A stretch of DNA of 64,000 bases, from assembly GCA_965195285.1 (NCBI GenBank), contig CBDAFS010000012.1, positions 76,056 through 140,055 on the forward strand, read 5' to 3'. The DNA comes from an uncultured Aminicenantes bacterium. Its GTDB lineage: Bacteria; Acidobacteriota; Aminicenantia; UBA2199. Below the pieces are notes generated by a model. It saw only the letters and a program-made list of their open reading frames with translations. It was not told where the DNA came from and searched no databases. The first letter of the stretch is position 1. Each line of letters begins with the position of its first letter. The position numbers and the translations under genes were made by a program. Shown here one piece after another: positions 57,991-64,000 of this stretch.

Positions 57991-60900
57991 ATGAAGTGTC
58001 CAAGCTGTGGATTCAATAATGCCAATGGCTGCAGTTTTTGCAGTCAATGCGGCTCGCCCATGGCCAGACGCGGCAAGCCCAGGACCGAGAAAATTCCCCG
58101 GACCTTTTTCGATGATTCCGAATTTTCTCTTTCTCCGGGCGATCGTTTTGGCAATCGGTATCAGATACTGGAAGAGATTGACCGGGGAGGCATGGGCCGG
58201 GTATATAAAGCCGAAGACCGGGAGTTGAAGATCGTGGTGGCCTTGAAAATCATTCATCCCCATTACCTAAACGACAAGCATGCAGTCGAACGATTCAAGA
58301 AGGAGATCCTGCTGGCCCGGGAAATTTCGCATGAAAATGTCATTCGGATCCATGACTTTGGCGAGGAAAAGGGGATCAAATTCATATCAATGCCCTTCAT
58401 TGAAGGCGTTAACCTGAAAGAGCTGATTCGGAAAAAGGGCTTGCTGGGTTTGAAGAAGACCATTGAGATATCTCGTCAGATCTGCGCCGGTTTGCAGGCA
58501 GCCCACCGGAAGGGCATTGTGCACCGTGATCTGAAACCTCATAATATCATGATTGACCGGAAGGGAAATGTGTTTATCATGGATTTCGGGCTGGCCAAAT
58601 CGATTGAAGGTGAGGGTATCAGTCTGCCGGACATGGTGGTGGGAACCCCGGAATATATTTCTCCGGAGCAGGCAAAGGGAGAAAAGGTGGATGGGCGCTC
58701 GGATCTTTACTCGCTGGGGGTCATCATGTATGAAATGGCCACCGGGAAACTCCCCTTTATTTCAGAGACCGTACTGGGTTATATCACCAAGCATATCAAC
58801 CAGAAGCCGGTTTCACCCTCGATATCAAATCCGCTTATTCCCCTTTTTTTTAGTCGTATCATCATGAGATGCCTGGAAAAGAACCCGGAAAAGCGGTATG
58901 AGCATGTGGGGTTGCTGTTGAGGGATTTTAGTATTGAGGAAGTAGCCAGTGGTCCGTTTTTCAAGCGCCCGCTGGTGAGGAAAGTGGCGAGGATTTCCGG
59001 GCTGGTGCTTCTGATTGGATTGGTCGCCTTCGGGGTCTACCTGATCAAGGGAAAACGAGTCGTTGATGTTTTTCCCTCTCTGCTTGAAAGCAAACAATCG
59101 GTGGCAATAATGTATTTTGAGAACCACACCGGTGATAAGGAGCTGGACCGTTGGAGCATTGCACTGGCTGATCTGATGATCACTGACCTGGCCCAGTCCC
59201 GGTATTTTCGGGTGTTGCCCGAGAATCGACTATTTCAGATTTTAACAGAACTGGGTCTGGAAAAAGAAGGACAGATTTTGCCCGAGATGATGAAAAAAGT
59301 GGCATCGCGGGGAAACGTGGATCATATTATTACCGGAAGTTTTGCCCGGGCCGGCGATATGTTCCGGGTGAGTATCAAGATCCTGGACCCGGTAAAGGGT
59401 GAATTTATTGACAGCGGTTATGTGGATGGTCAGGGTGTGGCGAGTTTTTTTTCCATGGTGGACCGTTTGACCACCAAGGTCAAAACCCGTTTTGATATTC
59501 CCCAGCCCCGGATCATGGCGGATATTGACCGGGAGGTGAAGCAGATCACCACCTCTTCCTCACAGGCATTTCAGTACTACATTGAAGGCAAACACTATGC
59601 CAATCTGACTCAATATCAGAAGAGCATCGAGTCATTTAAAAATGCCATAGAAGTGGACCCGGAATTTGCCATGGCCTACTGGGCCATGGGCTGGGCTTAT
59701 GCCTGGATTTTTGACTGGGAAAACCGGGCTAAAAGTTTCAATAAAACCATGGAAATGCTGGATCATGTATCGGAACGGGAAAAGTATTTGATCCAGGGTA
59801 CTTTTTACGGGGAATCGGAAAACACCTTCCAGCTTGCTTTGGATTCTTTAAAAAAACTGGTCGAGATATATCCGGATGATTGTGAAGGTAACGATAAACT
59901 CGGATTGAACTACCAGTTCATAGGACGCTGGGATGAGGCCATCCAGAGTCTGGAGACGAACCGGAAAAACAATTGCTTGTCATCTGAAGGCTGTATCGTC
60001 CTTTCCTATTCCTATCTGGCCCGGGGAGAATTCGAGAATGCATTAGCGGTTCTGGATGAATCATCCAGCCCCTTCTGTGACAATGCCCTGATCAGAAAAT
60101 ACAAGAGCATTATATATCTTGTACAAAACAGATTTGATCTGGCCCTGGCTGAAATGGAAAAAGCAGTGGAATTGGATCCCCGGGATTACAGGTATAAGTT
60201 GGCCATTGGGGATATCTATTTTTTTAAAGATGATTTTGATAAAGCAGAAAAAGTTTACCGGGAAAACCTGAATAAAAATGATGTTAATACATATTCAGAT
60301 TCACTTGGCAGGATTGGAAGTTTATATTTTCTACAGGGCAGATACAAAGAATTTAATGTATTATGTGAGAGTGGCAGTGAATTTGAGCTGAAAAATTTAA
60401 AAAGCCTGCAACTGGTGATGAGTTTAATCAGACGATCGTATTATTACTTAAAGCAAAACAAACCTATGGAAACACTTAAATTTGGAGAAGAAGCCATTAA
60501 CATTCATAAAACCAGTGGTTACAGGTATCATACCCATGAAAGACTGGCTCTTTATCTAAAAGCGATGGCTCAGCTGGATTTAAACCAGTGGAAAAGAGCA
60601 TCGGAGATTATTGAAAAATTGAAAAACTCAATACAAAAATCTTGCCATCAACATCAGTTGAAGTTTTATTATCATCTCATAGGAGTCAAAGCACTTAAAA
60701 TGCAGCAATATAAAAAAGCCATCAATTATTTTGAGAAAGCAATTTCTTTTCAGTCCAATCAAAGAAGTTTTCTTTTTGGACGTGATATGCATGTGGTTTT
60801 TTATGATGCCCTGGCCCGGGTCCATATGAAGACCGGGGAACTGGAAAAAGCGCGGGAATACCTGGAGAAGATCACCCGGCTCACCACCGGCCGGTTCTGG

Positions 60901-61086
60901 TTCGGGGATATTTACGCCCGGAGTTTTTATTATCTGGGCAAAATTTTTCAGCAAAAGGGCTGGGAAGGCAAGGCCCTGGATCATTATAAGAAATTTCTGA
61001 CCATATGGAACCGGGCCGATCCGGACCTGCCGGAACTGAAGAATGCCCGAAAGCAGTTAACTCTGCTCAGGCAGAAGTCTCACTGA
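57991..61086 (+). CDS. Receptor-like Ser/Thr kinase: Zn ribbon - kinase - TM - TolB-N-like - TPR repeats
   Basis: CPSC...CSQC; kinase motifs GGMGRVY, HRDLKPHN, DFG and GTPEYISPEQ; TM; SVAIMYFEN; TPRs such as AIEVDPEFAMAY. Confidence 0.9.
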   Translation: MKCPSCGFNNANGCSFCSQCGSPMARRGKPRTEKIPRTFFDDSEFSLSPGDRFGNRYQILEEIDRGGMGRVYKAEDRELKIVVALKIIHPHYLNDKHAVERFKKEILLAREISHENVIRIHDFGEEKGIKFISMPFIEGVNLKELIRKKGLLGLKKTIEISRQICAGLQAAHRKGIVHRDLKPHNIMIDRKGNVFIMDFGLAKSIEGEGISLPDMVVGTPEYISPEQAKGEKVDGRSDLYSLGVIMYEMATGKLPFISETVLGYITKHINQKPVSPSISNPLIPLFFSRIIMRCLEKNPEKRYEHVGLLLRDFSIEEVASGPFFKRPLVRKVARISGLVLLIGLVAFGVYLIKGKRVVDVFPSLLESKQSVAIMYFENHTGDKELDRWSIALADLMITDLAQSRYFRVLPENRLFQILTELGLEKEGQILPEMMKKVASRGNVDHIITGSFARAGDMFRVSIKILDPVKGEFIDSGYVDGQGVASFFSMVDRLTTKVKTRFDIPQPRIMADIDREVKQITTSSSQAFQYYIEGKHYANLTQYQKSIESFKNAIEVDPEFAMAYWAMGWAYAWIFDWENRAKSFNKTMEMLDHVSEREKYLIQGTFYGESENTFQLALDSLKKLVEIYPDDCEGNDKLGLNYQFIGRWDEAIQSLETNRKNNCLSSEGCIVLSYSYLARGEFENALAVLDESSSPFCDNALIRKYKSIIYLVQNRFDLALAEMEKAVELDPRDYRYKLAIGDIYFFKDDFDKAEKVYRENLNKNDVNTYSDSLGRIGSLYFLQGRYKEFNVLCESGSEFELKNLKSLQLVMSLIRRSYYYLKQNKPMETLKFGEEAINIHKTSGYRYHTHERLALYLKAMAQLDLNQWKRASEIIEKLKNSIQKSCHQHQLKFYYHLIGVKALKMQQYKKAINYFEKAISFQSNQRSFLFGRDMHVVFYDALARVHMKTGELEKAREYLEKITRLTTGRFWFGDIYARSFYYLGKIFQQKGWEGKALDHYKKFLTIWNRADPDLPELKNARKQLTLLRQKSH

Positions 61087-62168
61087 TTGTTGATTCGATC
61101 TATCTCACTTAACCATTGTTGGAATTTCTGTTTTTCTTCTATGGCAATTCGATTGATCCGGCAGATATAATCAGGCACTTCATCCAACCGATCCCAGTAC
61201 AGGGCCGATGAGATGGGGCACACCCCACAGGATTCGATGTGTGGGCATAAAAAGCAGCGGGAGTTTGGGGTATAGAAATTATCCATTCTCAGCTGCTGGT
61301 AATTTTCGGTTAGATCCTGATATTTTTTTTTATGGTTTTTGATAAATTCATCAATGGTTCCGAAATAATAGTCCTGGAATATATCGGAATTCTTTCGATT
61401 TTTAAAATATTCGTAAAACAGGGCGCAGCCCCAAATCTCTCCGTCCGTTGAAACCGTTAGCTGAGATTGTCCGGCCGAACAACACCAGATCCCCTTGGAG
61501 GTCAGATCCGGGAAAAAATGCAGGGGCTGGTTTCCGGTTTTTTGAAAGTGGCTCAAAAGAAGTTTCATTAATTGTTTAAATTCCTTTTCAAGTTTTTCAA
61601 TGGAGGGACTGTTCCAGCGCTTGTCAATGGCCAGTCCCAGGGAGACATGGGGAATTCCCAGTTCCAGAATAAAACGGATGGACTCGGACAGGTATTTGAC
61701 TGTGGGAGGGGAAAAAACACTGTTAACCAGCAGTTTAATATCGGGCTGTTTCAATAATTTTTTTATGATTGGAATAAGCTGTTCGAAACTTCCCTTTTCC
61801 CGTGCTTTTTCCTGGGCCAGACCGTCAAAACTCAGTTCCACGGTAAAATGGTATTGATTAAAAAAATCCAGGATTTCGGGTGTGATTAAACTGCCGTTGG
61901 TGCTGATGTTGTATTGACATTTTTTTTTATGTTGCCCCTTCTCCTTTTCAACATATCCCACTGTGTACCGGATCAGATCGATATTCAGCAGGGGCTCTCC
62001 CCCTAAAAAATAGAGGTCACAGGATTTTGGCATCCGGGGCAGAAAAAAGCGCAAGGCTTTTTCCACGGTTTCCCGGCTCATCTCTTTTTTTTCTTTTGTG
62101 TGGTAACAGTATTTGCAGGAAAAATTGCAGTCTTCGCTGACCATCAACACCAGTTTGGAAAAGACCAT
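61080..62168 (-). CDS. Radical SAM / SPASM domain protein
   Basis: CNFSCKYC, GGEPLL, STNG and SFDG motifs; SPASM cysteines CSAG...DGEIWGC...CFLC...CGVC...YIC. Confidence 0.9.
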   Translation of the reverse strand: MVFSKLVLMVSEDCNFSCKYCYHTKEKKEMSRETVEKALRFFLPRMPKSCDLYFLGGEPLLNIDLIRYTVGYVEKEKGQHKKKCQYNISTNGSLITPEILDFFNQYHFTVELSFDGLAQEKAREKGSFEQLIPIIKKLLKQPDIKLLVNSVFSPPTVKYLSESIRFILELGIPHVSLGLAIDKRWNSPSIEKLEKEFKQLMKLLLSHFQKTGNQPLHFFPDLTSKGIWCCSAGQSQLTVSTDGEIWGCALFYEYFKNRKNSDIFQDYYFGTIDEFIKNHKKKYQDLTENYQQLRMDNFYTPNSRCFLCPHIESCGVCPISSALYWDRLDEVPDYICRINRIAIEEKQKFQQWLSEIDRINNQ

Positions 62169-62267
62169 TCTATTTACCGGTTGTCATGCATCGGAAAATA
62201 GTTCATGAAAATTGATTTCACACTTTCCTGTGATGTATATAATGGATATGGCTGAAGAGTATATATG

Positions 62268-62513
62268 TTATGATTTAGACTTATAAAATTTATTGGTTTT
62301 AGGCAATTCCCAGGTTGGGATTATCTTTCCCCAGTTGCAATCTCCGCCACGTCGGATCTGGGCTTTGCCCTCGGCGGTTTCCATCATATATTTGATGGCA
62401 TTCTGGGCTTCTTTTTTCTGATCCCCGGGGGGCAGTGCAGTCACTGCCTTTTTCAAGGTGTCCAGACAGTACTTCACATTTTTGGTAAAGGTAATGGTTT
62501 TGCTCTTGGCCAT
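62268..62513 (-). CDS. Small protein, putative RiPP precursor peptide
   Basis: 81 aa with RBS AAGGAG and an upstream TATAAT; co-oriented 99 bp upstream of the rSAM; RRGG followed by DCNWGK... tail. Confidence 0.7.
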   Translation of the reverse strand: MAKSKTITFTKNVKYCLDTLKKAVTALPPGDQKKEAQNAIKYMMETAEGKAQIRRGGDCNWGKIIPTWELPKTNKFYKSKS

Positions 62514-62595
62514 TTTTTCTCCTTATTTTTTTCTCCCTCTTTAATTATACCTAATGATTTCACAACCAAAAAAAAAAATCAATAAAAATTGTTTA

Positions 62596-63300
62596 TTATT
62601 TGATTTTATTTTCTTTTATTCTGAGTTTTTTTTTGTAGATGTCCTGCGTTTCTTGCTCCAATTGATTCATTCTCCGCTTCAGGATTTTTTTCAGTGTTTC
62701 AATGTTTTCCACGGGCTTTTTCCCCTTTTCCTGTCGAGGAAGCATAAATGGTTCTCCGTATGAAAAGGTAATATGGCTGAAGGGCAGGGGAATCATGAAC
62801 CGGTCCCAGGTTTTGTTGAAAACTTTCACCCGGCTGGAATGCCAGCTGATGGGTACAATGGCGGAATGGGTCTTGAGAGCCAGCAGAATGGTACCGTCCT
62901 TTATCTCCCTTATCGGGCCCTTGGGTCCGTCTGCAGTAATCAAAATATCTGATTTTTCGGTTTTGAGGAATTCCAGTAATTTTAGAAATGCCCTTGCCCC
63001 GCCACTGGAGGATGAACCCCGGACCGGATTCATGCCGAATTCTTCGGCAATCTGGGACACGATCTCTCCGTCTCTGGAATGGGAAATCAGTGGTCTGGCC
63101 CCGCTGTTTTTAAATCGGAAAATAACAAAGAATATATGGCGGTGCCAGAAGGTGAATATAATGGGGATATTGTTTTCTTTTAAAGTCCGGATACGGGCTT
63201 GATTGGCTATATGAATCCGGCAGGTTTTTATAATGGCATTGATCAGGAATTTTGCAGCTTTTCTCAGAAAAAAATATTTAGGACTCGGGTGTGATCTCAT
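62596..63300 (-). CDS. DUF374 / lysophospholipid acyltransferase family protein
   Basis: FWH, LISHSRDGE, RGSSSSGG, TADGPKGP and WDRFMIPLPF motifs. Confidence 0.88.
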   Translation of the reverse strand: MRSHPSPKYFFLRKAAKFLINAIIKTCRIHIANQARIRTLKENNIPIIFTFWHRHIFFVIFRFKNSGARPLISHSRDGEIVSQIAEEFGMNPVRGSSSSGGARAFLKLLEFLKTEKSDILITADGPKGPIREIKDGTILLALKTHSAIVPISWHSSRVKVFNKTWDRFMIPLPFSHITFSYGEPFMLPRQEKGKKPVENIETLKKILKRRMNQLEQETQDIYKKKLRIKENKIK

Positions 63301-64000
63301 ATTCTTTTATTTTATCCAGCAATGTTTTATAGCTGATTTGAAGAATATCCGCGGCCCGGGTTTTGTTGAAATTGACTTCCTGCAATACCTTCTTGAGTTT
63401 AATTTTTTCAACCAGTTTAACTGCTCTGGAACTGACCTGTTTAAGGCTGCCATGGAAATCGAAATCCTCATTGAGCTGCAACGATTTTTCCGGAAGTATG
63501 ATGTCGGTCTCGGTGATTTTATCGGTTTCGGCAATGATGATTGCCCTTTCAATGGTATTCTGCAATTCCCGGACATTACCGGGCCAGTGGTAATTCATCA
63601 GTTTGTTCCGGGCTTTTTGGGTCAGGGGGAGTTCATGTTTATTTAATTCAATGACAAATTTCTTGATGAAATAATCGGCCAGAAGTGAAATGTCACTTTC
63701 TCTTTCCCTCAGGGGGGGCAGTCTCAGGGGAAATACATTGATCCTGAAATAGAGGTCCTTGCGGAAACGGCCATTGGCCACTTCCTGCTCAATGGGTTTA
63801 TTGGTAGCGAAAATAAACCGGATATCCAGATCCTGTTGCAGGTTACTGCCGATTCGGCTGACTTTTTTGTCCTCGATGACTCTCAGAATTTTTCCCTGCA
63901 GGTTGAAGGGTAGATCGCCGATTTCATCCAGAAAAAAAGTACCGTTCTGAGTGAGTTCCAGTTTCCCCGATTGGCGGACATAGGCATCAGTGTAGGAACC
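63278..64000 (-). CDS. Sigma-54-dependent transcriptional regulator, 5' part outside the window
   Basis: Frame stays open to the edge: GSYTDA...GKLE...FFLDEIGD...FRKDLYFRIN...WPGNVRELQN, C-terminal HTH. Confidence 0.88.
   Translation of the reverse strand, partial: GSYTDAYVRQSGKLELTQNGTFFLDEIGDLPFNLQGKILRVIEDKKVSRIGSNLQQDLDIRFIFATNKPIEQEVANGRFRKDLYFRINVFPLRLPPLRERESDISLLADYFIKKFVIELNKHELPLTQKARNKLMNYHWPGNVRELQNTIERAIIIAETDKITETDIILPEKSLQLNEDFDFHGSLKQVSSRAVKLVEKIKLKKVLQEVNFNKTRAADILQISYKTLLDKIKEYEITPES

Overview
Bacterial chromosomal window, gene-dense and mostly housekeeping or accessory. The gene repertoire (receptor-like Ser/Thr kinases with TPR ectodomains, several sigma-54 activators, fhs, split Mrp) suggests an anaerobe of the Aminicenantes/Acidobacteriota type; this is inference only. 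Left to right: partial PBP1A; DUF58/BatA cluster; Zn-finger+MshEN protein; MrfA-like DUF1998 helicase; clpB; a sigma-54-driven small operon with a second MshEN protein, divergent from an FHA-domain sigma-54 activator; rlpA; an 11-gene Mrp-type antiporter cluster divergent from fhs; an AT-richer accessory block (about 23.9-37.7 kb) punctuated by GGGTCA-type REP-like repeats, holding two tandem paralogous unknown membrane proteins, a kinase-FGE-hydrolase fusion and a TetR/RND/LolA-like/DUF1302 module; rsmA, mtaB, purE, purD; MoxR-DUF58-transglutaminase; EamA plus PLP decarboxylase; TPR-metallopeptidase; YigZ; an HK/NtrC pair facing a sigma-54 promoter for a REC-DUF4388-roadblock gene; recO, mgtE, xseA, xseB; a TPR receptor kinase; DUF374; and a partial sigma-54 regulator. 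The best candidate for an undescribed system is at 61080-62513: an 81-aa precursor-like peptide (double-Gly site followed by DCNWGK...) directly upstream of a stand-alone radical SAM/SPASM enzyme, i.e. a putative new RiPP family, converging on a receptor-like TPR kinase. I saw no rRNA, tRNA, CRISPR array or intact transposase/integrase. All family calls come from motif recognition by eye, not database searches.
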